Positions 50,064 to 64,000 of a stretch of 64,000 nucleotides of DNA are shown piece by piece (the stretch's first letter is position 1; each line of letters begins with the position of its first letter). The position numbers and the translations under genes were made by a program. The notes under the pieces were generated by a model. It was not told where the DNA came from, did not search any database, and saw nothing but the letters and a program-made list of their open reading frames with translations. Origin of the DNA: Callorhinchus milii (Eukaryota); NCBI RefSeq assembly GCF_018977255.1, contig NW_024704742.1, positions 11,658,001 to 11,722,000 on the forward strand, written 5' to 3'.

Positions 50064-53000
50064 CAACAACAACAACAAGATTCCATTTATTTGAGCGCTG
50101 TTCACGTCGGGAGGACGTCCCAAGGCGCTGTACAGTTGGGTCAGGACCCGAGCAGGGGGGAAATGATCAGGGTGAGGGGAGGGAAGGGAGAGAGCGAGGA
50201 GGGGGTAGAGAGTTGAGAGGGGAGCTGAAGGGACGGTCAAAGAGAAAGGTCTTGAGACCGGCCTTGAAGGAGGAAAGGGAGGAGGCGGCGAAGGCACTGG
50301 GGGATGGAGTTCCAGAGCCTCGGGGCTGAGAGGCTGAAGGCCCGGCCACCGATGGTAGGGCGGGTGGGGCGGGGGATGTGGAGCAGACCGGAACTAGAGG
50401 AATGGGGGGTACGGGCAGGTAGGTAGGGGGATAGTAGGTCGGAGAGGTAGGAGGGAGCAAGGCCGTGAATGGCCTTGTAGGTGAGGATGAGGATCTTGAA
50501 TTTGATCCTCTGGGGGATGGGGAGCCAGTGGAGGCGAGCGAGGGTGGGAGTGATGTGGTCCCGAAGCCTGGTGCGGGACAGTAAACGAGCTGCAGAGTTC
50601 TGAATGACCTGCAGCTTGTGGAGGGAGGTGGCGGGAAGGCCGGCGAGGAGAGAGTTCCCATATCCAGCCTTGAGGTGATAAAGGCGTGGAACAGGGTTTC
50701 AGCAGCGTGAGGGGTGAGGTAGTGCCGTAGTCTGGCGATGTTCCGGAGGTGATGGAAGGCGGTGCCAGTTGTGGCGCGGATATGAGGGAGAAAGGACAGC
50801 TCAGGGTCGAACAGAACCCGAGGTTCCTGACTGGCTTTGAGAGGTGGAGAGTGCAGCCTTGGATGCTGATGTTGTCAGCGCCTGAGGTGCGGAGGCGCTG
50901 ACGTGAGCCAATCAGGAGGGCCTCAGTTTTACGTACGTTGAGCTGGAGAAAGTTATCTCTCATCCAGGACTCGATGTCGGACAGGCAGCTGTCAGGACAT
51001 CGGTGGTCGTGGAGTTGAGGGTAGAGGAGGAAAGGTAGAGTTGGGTGTCATCCGCATACATGTGGAAGTTAACCCCATGTCTGCGGATGATGTCACCAAG
51101 GGGGAGCATGTAGAGGGTGAAGAGGAGGGGACCGAGGAAAGAGCCCTGAGGGACACCGCACAAGACAGTGCGGGGGCCGGAGGAAAAAACATTCGTGGAG
51201 ACAAAGTGAAAACGGTGGGAGAGGTACGACCTAAACCACTCAAGGACAGAGCCTTGAAGGTTTAGGTGGGAGGACAAGCGGTGGAGGAGGATAGCATGGT
51301 CGACCGTGTCGAATGCTGCCGATAGGTCGAGGAGGATGAGGAGGCAGAGGGAGCCCTCGTCACAGATGGTCAGGATGTCATTGGTGACCTTGACCAGGGC
51401 AGTTTCTGTGCTATGGGCAGCACGGAAACCCGACTGAAGGGGTTCGAATAATGAATGGTGGGAGAGGAAAGAGCGCAGCTTGGAGGCGACAACTCGTTCC
51501 AGGACCTTGGACAGGAAGGGGAGGTTGGAGATGGGCCGGTAGCTTGATAGCTGCGACGCATCAAGGGATGGGTTTTTTCAAGGTGGGAGTGATGATGGCA
51601 GTTTTTAAGGGAATGGGAACGGAGCCAGAGGAGAGGGACAGGTTGACGATGTCTGTGATATGTGGGGCAAGGAGGTGGAGCTGGGAGATAAGGAGTGGAG
51701 TGGGGATGGGGTCAAGGGAGCTGGTGTTGGGTTTCAGGGATAGGATGAGTTTGGTGACAGAGGGTGGGGAAATGGGTACGAAAGTGTGCAGGGGAGGATG
51801 GGTAGGAGTCGGAGTGTGGGAGGGAAGGGGTGGGCGGTGGGTGGATGTTGGAGGGGAAGTGACCACGGAGCAAATTCCCTTGATTTTGGATTCAAGGTAA
51901 TCCAGCATCTCCTCGCAGTGAAGGTTGGAGGAGATGACCTGCGCGGGGTGGCGGGGGGTAACGGAGGGGTTGGGATGTGGTAGAGAACAGTAGCCTGGGG
52001 TTGTCCTTCGCCTCCAGGATTATTTGGCCGAGGCTAGAGTGGAGCAGTAGATTTTGAGGAGGTCCAGCCAGATTTGTCGGTGGACCGTTAGGCCAGATTT
52101 GACCCAGGTGCGTTCAGCGGCCCGCACCTGGCTCTTCAGTGAGCGGAGGTAGGTGGTGAACCAACGGGAGGAGCGATAGTAGGAGACAGTACGGGAGGTG
52201 ATTGGGGCAAGAGTGTCAAGTGTGGAGGAGAGGGTGTTGTGGAGGAGGGTGAGAGCAGCAGAAGAGGGGTCAGTGAGGTTGAGGGCCAGCGGGAGAGGAG
52301 TTCAGAGGACTCCAAGGCAGCGGTTAGGGACTGAGGGGATAACTTCTTCCAGGGGCGGTAGAAGATGGTGGTGGGTCTGGTGGAGGTGGGGAGGGGGGTG
52401 GAGGTGGTGAAGGAGATGAAGTGGTGGTCGGAGACGGCCTTGTCGGTGATAGTGACATCCGAGACACTGAGGCCCCGGGTGATCACCAAGTCGAGTGGGT
52501 GGCCGTGACTGTGAGTGGGGGAGTTGATGTGGAGGGAGAGGTTGAGCGAGGAGAGCAGGGAAGAGAAATCTGAGGAGATGGAGCAGGAGGGGGTGAAGTG
52601 CAGGTTGAAGTTGCCCAGGATGATGAGGCGATCAGAGCAGAGGCAGAGAGATGTGAAAAGTGTTGAGACATCAGAGATAAAGGTGGGAGAGGTTTTAGGG
52701 GGCCGGTAGAGGAGGAGGATTTTAAGTGAGAGGAAGGAGGGGTGGGAGAGGGTGAGGTGCTCAAAAGAGGGGAAAGAGCCAGAGGACTAGGGGGATAGGG
52801 CAAGTGGTGTCCTTGAGATAAGGGCAACACCACCGCCACGGCGGTTGGGGAGAGGATGTGGTGGGAGGTGTAGCCGGGTGGCGTGGCCTCCGTGAGGGGG
52901 AAGGTGTCGCCTGGGGTGAGCCAGGTTTCCGTTAAGGCCATGATATAAACGTCCTCATCAAGGATGAGATCGTTGATGACCGGGGCCTTGTTACAGAGGG

Positions 53001-53724
53001 TGCCGGACGTTTTGTAGTCCGATGTGGATGGAGCGGTTGACAGAAGGGTGTGTGGGAGGGGAGGTGGGTCCAGGTTGTGAGGCAGGGGTGGGGGGGATGG
53101 GGATAAGGGAAGAGAGGTTGGCTCCCCGGGTTTGTGTCCGGGGTGGCTGGCGAGTGTGGTGGGGAATGGGGCAGTCGGTGTGGCTGTTGCTGGACAGCCA
53201 ACGCCGAGTGCCACGGTGAGCCCGGTGGAGGATTCCCAGGTTGGAACAGTGGGAAGTTGTAGGAGGGTCAAGTGGGGATAGAAGGCGAGAGGGGCGGAGA
53301 GAGAGGAGTACAGAGGAGGTGAGATGCAGAGGGGGGAGGGTTTGGGGGTAGAGAGGAGGGAGGGAGTGGGTGAGGGGGCTCGGGTCATAGCGGCAGCCAT
53401 AGTGCGCACGCGGGGACCGGGAGCGAGCGGTCAGGTGGATGGAAACATTATCCCATAGGCTGGGGCTGCCAACCCAACAGGACCATGGTGGGCCCTGTTG
53501 TGAGCCTGGGGGGGGGGGGCGCAGAGGATTTTTTTTTGTTGTTGTTGCGCGCGCACACCTCTGAAAACTACAACTATGACGTCAGCGGTTCCCCCACTCC
53601 GCTCCCACCGGTTCCCTCCTCAGCCCCACACCCCGCACACTGGCTGCACTCCCTGCAGCGTTGAGTTTAAGTACCTGAGAGGTAGGCCCAGGCTCCTCCC
53701 CGCGCTGTCCTGGCGCCGCTCCCT
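50064..53724 (-). mobile_element. Full-length L2 LINE, copy C, with a 6-bp target-site duplication GTACAA
   Basis: Colinear with copy A including the 5' UTR; multiple frameshifts. GTACAA at 50058-50063 and 53725-53730. Confidence 0.95.
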
Positions 53725-55907
53725 GTACAAGCTGGACAAGTTCTATGTGGGTACCATTATTACAATTGCATGAGTTTGGTTCCAGCCAATATTGAAAGTC
53801 AAACCCTCTCTACTGATTTAAGTGTTCTAAGTGAAATGCATTTTGCTATTCTTAGCCCAGTTACTTGTGGACATTGATTGATAGTTCAGAATTATAAGTC
53901 ACTTTGTACTAATTGGTAAGTCTCTCTCAGACAATGAGAATGACTGGTAAGATTAAGGGACATTCATCAAGTTTTATGCTTCCCAAAAGAGTTGTGTACA
54001 TTATGTCCCAGGTCTTTTCATTTAAAAAAGGGGGTTTTCAAGATCATGGAGTTACACAGAGTGAAACAGGCCATTTAGACCAACTAGTCCCTCCCAGTGT
54101 TTATATTCTGCACAAGCCCCCATAATTTCTATTTCCCTCTCTTATACCCATCGATTCCCTTCTCTCTCACACATGTGCATCAAGTTTTCTCTGAAATATA
54201 TTGTTACCTTCTGCTTCAGTCACAGCTTCAGACAGTGAGTTCAACATTCTTACCACCCTCTTCATGTAGAAATTCCTCCTAAACTCTCTATTAGACTTAC
54301 TAGTAGCCATCTTAAATTTACGCCCTGATATGTATGGAGATACTTACTGGAATGAATGGGAATTATACCTGGCTTAGAATATCTTGATTCTGAACTCGAG
54401 GTAAAATTGGTGTCAAATATTCTTCAGCAGGCATCCAGAATTATTGCAAAGCCTATGTGTCTGTCAATAAGTTTTAGGAAAAGCCTCTCATTGTCATTAA
54501 TAGGATGGGTCATTGCTGCCCAGTAGTGAATGATCCTGTACAATTTGAAATGTGAATGAAAAAATTTAATAAAATGGCATGTGTATTCTACAAAACAAAT
54601 CATGACTTACTTTATTCCATTTTGAATGAGAAACTTGCAATACACTAACAGTTCTGAATAAATAGTTCAATAACAACTGAGGAAGTACCTGCAATGTTTT
54701 TTGTTTCAGGGGCTACAGCAATTGGCTTTTGGAGGGTGGGATTGTGTTAGGCAAATTTAGGCAAATAATACATAAGGTGGAGCCATAGTACCCTTCAAAT
54801 TGTAAAAATGATGGTAAATCATTCGTAGAAATTGCAAGAGAAGTAATAAAAGTATTCAGTAGATTTTGTAGAATTGAAGCAGACCGTGAAATTAAAGAGC
54901 AAATTGAGGCTTCTTAAGGCAGACAAGGAAGCCTTGTAGAGGAAAACTGACAGTGTTGTTCAGTCTTGCTGTATCATGCTTCAAAAACGTCTCTGTTATC
55001 TTGCTTTGTGGACAAGTGTACCTGCCAACATGCTTCCTGAGAAAATGTTATCCTGGAGAGAAGCATGAATCATTTGCGATTGTAACTTACTCACAGAAAT
55101 AAAGGTGATGTGGTTTCACTCCCTCTCCCATCACCACCACCCCCACCCACCAATTATTATCAATAATAATAATTTGGTCACTCAATCCATAACTGTTTGG
55201 AGGACACTGCTGTGTGTAATGGGCTGCTGTATTTCACCCACAAAATATACAGTCAATTCACTTTACATTATAATCTGTGAAACGCTTTGAGATGTCTCAC
55301 CAACATAATAAGACGTCATATCAAATGCAAGGATTATTATTGTTAACAATATTATTATGCCCATTATTAAAAGTTTTTTGAATTCATTTTTTGAATGAAT
55401 GATTTTTGATCCATATGCTGTAATAGCTGAACTAGGGAACAAATCCATACTTATCCCCATGAGACTGCCTCGCCATTAAACAACCAGACATCAGGCTAAC
55501 ACAAAACTAGCTTGATGAGGTTTTTAAATCATGGAAATGATTAACAAAACAATGAAATCAGATATAATGCCTGCTTGATACAAAGTCAGAGTTTTGAGAC
55601 CCAGGTTTGAATTAGACACTATAATTGCTTTGGTTAAGATTACGCTCTAATGGAATGTTTAAATAGTGCTGATTTTCTAGTATTTTAGGATGTTAGTGTG
55701 GCTCAGTTGGAATTGCTCCTCCATTACTTCTGGGCTAGAAGGTTGTGAGCTCAAAGCCCAATATTGGGTCTTGAGATTAATAGTCTAGACTGACAGTCCA
55801 GTGAAATATCTAGTGAGTGCTGAATTACCAGAGGTGCTCCTATTGACTTTTGAGATAGAGAAAAGATCTCTGTTATGTGCCTATTTTAGAATTCCTTAGA
55901 ATATTTG

Positions 55908-56226
55908 TGGAAGCCTGTAGTTCAGTGGTTAGAGCACTTACCTCTCAAGCGAAAGACATGGGTTTGATTCCCAGCAGGGTGAAACCTTGGGCAAATTTCC
56001 TTCCTCCACATGCCTAATAACAATCCCTCAAGNAAAAAATAATTAATTGGTCACTTCAATCCATGACTGTTTGTGGGACACTGCTATGCGCAATTGGCTG
56101 CCGGGTTTCGCCCACAAATATACAGTCAATTCACTTTACAGTATATTCTGCGAAGCGCTTTGAGATGTCTAGAAGACATGAAAAAGCGCTATATCAAATG
56201 CAAGGATTATTATATTATTATTATTG
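55908..56226 (+). mobile_element. tRNA-derived SINE, short form
   Basis: A/B boxes, same central deletion, (ATT)n tail. Confidence 0.85.
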
Positions 56227-57734
56227 AAGACATGATGGTCATTAACCCTTCTCAACTGTCCTTGAACTGATGAATTACACTTCTGTATCATATTGCGTTG
56301 GAGACTTTGATTTCAATTATCCATTGTAATTTAGTTGAAAGTATTCAATTTTGATGGAGTGAACAATTTGCCCAAAGGTCCCAGGCAGATACCTAGAAAG
56401 AAAGCACCTAACAACACAACACCTAACAATAATAAGTCATTCTACATGGAGTCTTGTAGCTCAGTGGTTGGAGCATTCGCCTCGCAAGAGAGAGACCTGA
56501 GTTTGATTCCCGGCAGAGCGAAACATTGGGCAAGTTTCTTTACTCCACACGTCTCTGTTTACCTAGCAGTAAGTAGGAACCCGGTTGTTAGTCGATTGAC
56601 AGATCGCTTTTCCAGGGGTAATATAATTCCTTCAAAAAAAATAATAAATTGGTCACTCAATCGATGTCTGGGACCTGCTGTGTGCAATACGTGATGAGGC
56701 GCTATATCAAATGCAAGGATTATTGCTATTATATTATTGTGATCTGTCTCCATGAATAAAAGCCTACTTTAACTCTTGGATACTAGTATATGTTTTTATT
56801 TACATTTTTTCACAATTTACAAATAAGTAATGTTCCAAATGTGTTCCATAGTTATTATTATTATTATTATAAGTATGTCAATAAGAGATAATAAGTCTTT
56901 AAAATGAGATGTGCAGTGTTCCTTACCCATAATCATTTACTATATGTGAAGAAAATGAATGATTGATTCTCTGTCTCAAGGAAAAGCCTTACTGTGAAAA
57001 TATCTGCAATCATGGACAATCCCAAAGAAAATGAATAAAAATCAAAGCTTATTTCTCTATGGATTAGTTTTCCACATCAACAAAGTCTACATTGACCTTT
57101 TGAAGGAGGAGGATTGAGGTGGTTACATTGAGCAAAGGGAAGCACATAAAAGCTCTCAAAGGTAAAATATTGGAGGTCTGTATTGTCGATTATGCTGCGG
57201 AGTGCCAGAAAAACTTCACATCTCTAATCAGATTTTCTAGAGGGGTTTTGAAATTCTGCCATACAAGGTGACAAGTCCAGAAAAAGATAGACATCAGCCA
57301 TGCCTGGTCCTATCTCGTCATCCTCACCAAACACCCAGGGCACAAAGGAGGAAGGCATTCGTCCCGACACATCAAACCACCGTAATGTCTTTGAATGTTG
57401 CCCCTTGGTTTTGCTCAGAGGCACATTGACCTGATAATTCTAACTTCACACAATAATAATAATAACAATAATAATAATAATCCTTGCATTTGATATAGCA
57501 CCTTATTACGTCTTTGAGACATCTCAAAGCTCTTCACAGAATATATCGTAAAGTGAATTGACTGTATTTGTGGGCGAAATGCGGTAGCCAATTGAGCACA
57601 GTAACATTTACCTGGGTGCAATTGGTCCAGGAAATTATAAATGTACCTCAGCTCCTTGACGGTCAAAACAGAAGGAATGTTTGAAGTTCCACTATATTGT
57701 TGTTCACTGCTCCCTGAAGCCCAGTTTGAGAGAA

Positions 57735-58070
57735 TAACAACAATAATAATCCTTACATTTGTTATAGTGGCTTTAGACATGTTAAAACGCTTCACAGGAT
57801 ATACTGTAAAATAGAGCAATTCTGTACCTTGAAGATGAAGGTAGCAGCCAATTTGCATACAGCAGTGTCTTGACAAACTGCCATGAAATGCATGACCAAT
57901 TTATTTGGGGTCTGTTTGCCAGACACTGGAAAAAATGCTATGGTGTCTTTAACATCCATCTGAACAGGCAGATGGAAATCTCAGTTTAATATCTCATTCA
58001 AACAATGGCATTATCAGCAGTGCAGCACACATCTAGCTCTCGTCAGCACAGACTATTTGAGTTCTAAGTC
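57735..58070 (-). mobile_element. Ancient Deu-domain SINE remnant (SacSINE1/AmnSINE1-like); similar remnants near 29785-29985, 55690-55870 and 20380-20580
   Basis: gaacaggcagatgg...cagtttaatatctcat...cagtgcagcac resembles the Deu-SINE core as I recall it, joined to an L2-type tail. Confidence 0.55.
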
Positions 58071-61000
58071 CAAGAATAATGGGGGAGGCATCCAAAATAT
58101 AGATTCATTAAAACAGATCTGAGATAAATAATACTGGTAGGATTGTACAGCAAAGGAACCCAAACCAATAGTTGAAAAATATTTATTAAAAAATCTGTTT
58201 AATAATCTTACAAAAGTAATCTTCACAAAGATTTGAAGTAAAGTTCTTTTAAGTGGAAACACGTTCTCTGATAGTTTATTTGACCACGGATTTATTGCGT
58301 TCTCCTGCTGAGAATTCCTCAGTCAGGTGAAGGTATCAGAGAATCTCTCCCTTTAATAATAAGGAAAGTTCCTGTTGATTTCTGGTTCCAGATAGAAAGG
58401 GTTTCCCGAGATTCCTGAGATTGTAAAATGTAATTAACCCCAGAAACTTTAAATAGTTTATGTAATATGAATTCCTTAAACTCTGGAGCCATAGGTGAGT
58501 CAGGCTCCACCATTGTTAAGCGCTCTGAGATGCTGCCCTGCGTGGAGGGCGCTATATAACTGCGAGTTGTTGTGTGAATATGTAAGTTACAAGATCACAA
58601 GAGATTCTTAACAGAATCCAACACCTGGGTCTCAACTATTCTTTCTTATAGCCCATTCCAATTGTTCTTTATGGAAAGCTGCAGTTCTGTAGGCTCTTTT
58701 GTGCAGATCTTACATATGTTTTTCCTCTCAGAGTCCTGCTATCATAATATGTTCATGTTAAAGTCTTATATAACTTTTAAAAACTTCTCAACAAACATCT
58801 TACAACTGTATAGATTGAAGTGACCATTGAGAGCAATTTAGTTCTCTACAATTTTACATTAGTATGTTTGTTGACACCCAAAGCAATGTCAAACCACATT
58901 TGTGTTTATTTGTGTTGAATCATAATGTATTACTAATTTTGATTTAAAACCCATGGTTCTACATACAGCCAGATGACATACATCTAAATAAACTATGTCT
59001 TTCAGCATTTTTCGAAGACCTAGATCAAGTTATTTTTTCCTCCAGTAATGAAAAAAATTGATTAACTTTTGATTAAAAATTGATTACCTTAGGCAGGTTT
59101 GCTCACTCCACATGCCTCTGTTTATCTAGCATTAAGAAGGAACCCGGTTGCCAGTTGATTGACAGATCACTTTCTGGGGGTAATAATCCCTTCAAAAATA
59201 ATAGTAATAAATTGGTCATTCAATCCACGACTGTTTGTGGGACACTGCTATGTATAATTATCAATTCACAGTCAATTCACTTTACAGTATTGGACTAACA
59301 GCCTAAACTGTTTGAGTTCAAGGTTCCCAATAAGGCTTGAACCCACAAACATCTGATTCATCTACAAGAAGGCTATCAAATGAGCCAGGCTTCTTTAAGT
59401 CATGGAAGTTGTCTTTGTCACATCTCTGTTGCTCCTCAACTCTTGAGAAATTGTTGTCTTCTGCATTTCTCAGTTGATGGATCTGGTGGAGTGACTAAGA
59501 TTTTCAACAACAAAAGTTGTTGTTTGAGGTCCAGCATAACTGAAGAAGTGGGAGAGTCAGTGTGACAACTCAGAGTGGATGAACCAAACGGTCCTGACAT
59601 AAGCACCACTGGCCTGGAGGAGAGTGATTTGTCATTTACAGTCAATGATTGTGGAACTAAAAAATAAACTGTGATGGGTAATTTCAGGGAACATTTTCAC
59701 CAGACCACAACGTTGAAAGATGAGTTGTGTACCTGAAAGCACAAAGATAACCAAAGGGGCACTGTAATAATGAATCATGGAATATCCTAATCTTCCCTGT
59801 GACCTCTGGACCTAACAGATGAGACTGATGAGACTCTAGCAGCCGGATAATCCCTCCAAAAAAATAATAAGGATATCAATAATGATTTGGTTATTCAATC
59901 CACAACTTGTTTGTGGGACACTGCTGTGTGCAATCAGCCAATACATTTTACAGTATATACTGTGAAGCTCTTTGAGATGTTTCGAAGATGTGATAAGATG
60001 TTATGTCAAATGCAAGGATTATTATTATTATAAGACACATTGAGGAAGACGAGCATGGGGTGGGGGGGGTGTTGGTGAATTGCAGAAAGCAATCTATGGG
60101 GAAAGAGAGAGTAAGTATGCCAAGATAAGCTAAACACCCTACAACTGGAAAATAATTGCACCCAAGGGAAGCTTGGTAGCTTGTTAACCGTCTCAGGGTT
60201 TCGGCAGGATGGAAGCAATATCAAGGACCAATAAAGCTGAGGGAACCTTATGTGTCATCTAGTATCTGTTGCAAGCCAGTATAGGGCAGAAAGTGAAGGA
60301 ATCCTTGTGAAGTGACAGGTACTAGCTCCAAGGCAATGTTCAGATCAGTTGTCTGTCGGCCAATCGGCATACTAGATAAAGGCTTTCCTAGCATCTTATC
60401 AACAAACCATGGACAAGCTGAAGCAAGGGAGCAAGTGGCCAGATGGCAGAACTCCTGGAGATGAAGAGAACTTTTGGGAAGTGTGTGGTCAGGGATGGTA
60501 AGCGCACAGTGATAGTGATGAAAGGTGACTTGTTAGCAATCTCCAAGGACAGGGAAAGAAACAGTGAGGACCTGAAATCACAGCCAGAGTCAACTACTAA
60601 TCAACACCTGGTAAGCATGGAGGGAGCCTTAAGCAATTTACAGGATCTCCCCAAGCCAACAGATTGACCATAAGGCAAATGAGGTTACACCACACTAAGA
60701 GAGCTACTAAACAGTGAGCCCAGCTTACTGCAGAAAAAGATGATCTGTTGTCTTGGGGAGATCTTTACTTGCACAGAAACACAAACAATAGAATACTAGG
60801 AAGCCGAGAGAGCTCTCGTAGAGGAGCATCACTTAGTCTTGTAGAAAGTTGACAAAGTTAGAAAGAAGCTTGAATCAGCAGTGAATGGAGATCGATAAAT
60901 CCCGAAGGCTTATCATCATGTATTTAAACTCTTATTGGAGTACTAAAAGCGAAAACGTATCTACATCTCTACTTTATGACCTAAATATACAGGTAAAATA

Positions 61001-62129
61001 TGCTTTATTCTTTGTATCTTTTGCCAGGACATTTAAAAAGCAGCTCGCTATTGTGACAGTAGGATACATATTTAAGTGCTCCGGGGCACTATATAAATAC
61101 AATTTGTTGTTGTTATTGTGAAAGGACGAGATGGCATATGATCTTGTGATTCCATTTTCACTCAATGATATATTGTGATAACCTGTGAATGAAAACACCA
61201 GCATTCAGAGTGAATCTATAGCTCTTCCCTGCTGCCCTGTTCAGGTGTTGGGAATGATTCATTATAAGTAATGAGCTCCTGAAGACTAGTTAAAACCTGT
61301 CTCAATCAGTACCTGAAAGGAAAAATGTCAAAGAGTCAGTGTTTTGGCAGTCTAGGTGGGAAGCCAGGTAGAGGAGCTCAGAAGCTAGGAGACTGGGCAA
61401 AGGCAGCATATTTTAAGTTATACAATGTCTCATTAAGCTGTTTGAAGATCAATAAATCTTTCCTGCACCTGAATGGTGTTGCAATTGTCATCTACTGATT
61501 GATGGACTATGACTTAGATAAGTGGTTTAGAATAAGCAACTAAGGTAAGACTGATGTATTTTACAATTTTTTGGTGCTTTGCTAGGTAATTTTAATGTCA
61601 TGAAACTCTTTAATCTAGAAATTGGAGTAGCTTTATTATTGTAATAGCATTTGTCTCAGTGTCAGATTGTGTTTACCTGGGATACATAAATGTCCCTGGA
61701 TCTACTAGCAGTCTTGAGGATAAAATCTTTTCATGCCCCAAACACACTTTTCTGGAAACAAAATTTTAACTGAAATAATTCCAAGGGACTGAATGGGGTC
61801 CTTCAGAGTAACTGTCTTCACAACTGAAAAAATCCACTCTTCTTGTCACTATCTTTACCTACTATTTACCTGGCAGTTATTAGCCAATTGGCGGATTGCT
61901 TTTCCAGGGGTAATAATCCCTTCNAAAAAATAATAATAATTTGCTCATTCAATCCACAATTGATTGTGGGACATTGCTGTGCGCAGTTGACTGCTGCATT
62001 TGTCCACAAAATATACTGTCAATTCACTTTACAGTATATTCTGTGAAGTGTTTTGAGACTTGAAGATGTGATAAAGTGCTATATCAAATGCAAGGATTAT
62101 TATTACTGCAATTTAACTGTGGCACCTAG

Positions 62130-62790
62130 ATTCTCCTACCAGTGGAAATAGCTTCTCCCTGTTTACTCTGTCAAAACCCCTCATAATTGTGTACACCTCT
62201 ATCAGGTTCCCCTCTCAACCTTTTCTGCTCCAACGAAAATAGACTGGAAAAAGTGGATCTATCTTCATAACTAAATGAGCGATGATTCTTGTAAATCTCC
62301 TCAACATCCCCTCCAAGGGCTTAACATGTTTTCTGAAGTGTGCTGCCCAACACTGAACACAATACTCCAGCTTTAGCCTAACCAACGATTTGTACAAAGT
62401 TAGCATTATTGTTTTACGTTTGTACCCAATGCCCCTATGTACAAACCCTAGAATGCTATTAGTCTTTTTTTCATAGTCCTTTCCACTTGTGCTGTTGCTT
62501 TCAAAATTTATATGCCTGTACTCCCAATTCTCTTTGCTCTTTTGTTCCTCGCTAAATACTGACATTCAATATATCCTCCCTATCCTGTTTTGTTTTCTAC
62601 AAAAATAAATTACCTCATTTTGCTCTATTAAACTTCATTTGCCCACTGATCAGCCCATTATGCTAATCTGCTTAAATCCACCTGCAGTTGCTTGCTATCC
62701 TCCTCACTATTCACGGTACCTCCTAGCTTGATATAATTTACAAATTTTAATACTGTACCCCCTATATCTAGGGCTAAATCATTTTTTAAG
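62130..62790 (-). mobile_element. Degraded CR1 fragment
   Basis: LYKSLVRLKLEYCVQCW motif (ORF 62215-62565). Confidence 0.8.
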
Positions 62791-63763
62791 TTATATATCT
62801 AATCTACACCATTAATTCATTCAACCTTGACTGGATATTTTCCTGTTCCATTTGTCCGTCTTATTCTTCATCTGAGCCCAGCCTCCACTTAGTGTTGGGT
62901 TTTACAAACACAATGTGGTTTAGATCTCACATGTGACACCATTTTTGAGTCAATGTGCCTAATTGCAACAGAATTCTAATTGAATTCTAATTTTTAAAAA
63001 AATTGTTTTGTTTTTCTTGACTTTGTGGATCATAGCTATGTGTAATTGACTGCTGAGTTTCACCCACAAAGTACTCCATCAATCCACTTTACAGAATGTT
63101 CTGTGAAGTGCTTTGAGAAGTCTCAAAGATGTGATAAAGCGTTACATCAAATTATTTTTTACCATAAAGATTGATTGCCTGAAAGAATAACCTGGACAAA
63201 TGGACTAGGAAAACAATTTTGAAAAAAATATTTAAAATTGTTTGTTTTATTGTCGGTTGTGATTGTAAAATGTAATGCACACACAAGTAAAGTGATCCCA
63301 TTCAATCGACATTTGGATGTTTATGAGTCAATAAATCTACAAGATGGGGTACAGACTTGAGTTTAGAGGAGAGAATCTTAAAGGCAGTTAAGGTTTAAAT
63401 TGCTTTACACAGAGAGTGGTGAATATGTAGAATCGACTACCCAGGAAAGCAGTGGAGCCAGATTGAGTCAGCAAATTCCAGATGATATTACATAGCTTTT
63501 TGGCAAATAATAATAATCCTTGCATTTGATCAAGTGCCTTATCAAGTCTTTGAGACATCTGAAAGCGCTTCACAAACTATACTGTAAAATGAATTGACTG
63601 TATATTTTGTGGGTGAAACACGGCAACCAATTGTACACAGCAGTGTCCCACAAACAGTCCAGTAACAAAATTATAATTCTTTTTAATTTTGAGAAGGGTT
63701 TATTACCGCCGGAAAAGCAATCATCCAATCGATTAACAACCAGGTTCCTAAGTGCTGCTGGAT

Positions 63764-64000
63764 AAACAACAACAAAATTACATTTATAGAGCGTCTTTCA
63801 CGCCAGGAGTATGTCCCAAAGCGCTGAACATTCAGGTGTCAGGCCCGAGCATGGGGGTGTAGGGGTGAGGGAAGGCAGGGAGGTGGGAGACCAAAGGCAC
63901 GGTCAAAGAGAAGGGTCTTGAGACTGGCCTTGAAGGAGGCAAGGGAGGAAGCGAGGCGAAGGGACCGTGGGATGGAGTTCCAGAGTGTGGGAGCAGAGAG
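63764..64000 (-). mobile_element. L2 3' end (runs off the window)
   Basis: (CAA)n tail, stem-loop and LKTLLFDRAF-coding end. Confidence 0.85.

Noticed and set aside
54710..54750. Possible downstream alternative last exon (tttcag|GGGCTACA..., GATAIGFWRVGLC*)
   Set aside because: Only an acceptor-like motif; no homology I can recognise and no expression evidence.

Overview
Vertebrate genomic DNA, most likely from a cartilaginous fish. The tRNA-SINE/L2/CR1 repeat landscape suggests a chimaera-like genome, but this is inference. The window holds the 3' end of ADGRL3 (latrophilin-3, an adhesion GPCR) on the + strand: an exon at 1141-1237, a ~34.6 kb intron, a 129-nt cassette exon (35848-35976), an 18/52-nt exon with two donors (37501-37518/37552), and a terminal exon (41754-42556, ending in the PDZ motif HLVTSL) whose first 61 nt can be read in two frames. 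The 3' UTR and downstream DNA follow. The rest is mostly retroelements: two full-length and one 5'-truncated copy of a young L2-clade LINE, older L2 and CR1 fragments, about 20 tRNA-headed SINEs with L2-type tails, a 106-bp Tc1/mariner-type MITE and a 199-bp-arm foldback. The most unusual observation is that all three independent young L2 insertions carry the same frameshift just after the RT YADD motif, at a hairpin, and two of them share a second frameshift. This points to either a defective full-length L2 lineage amplifying in trans or an unrecognised recoding site. Repeat boundaries were estimated by eye and no database searches were run.
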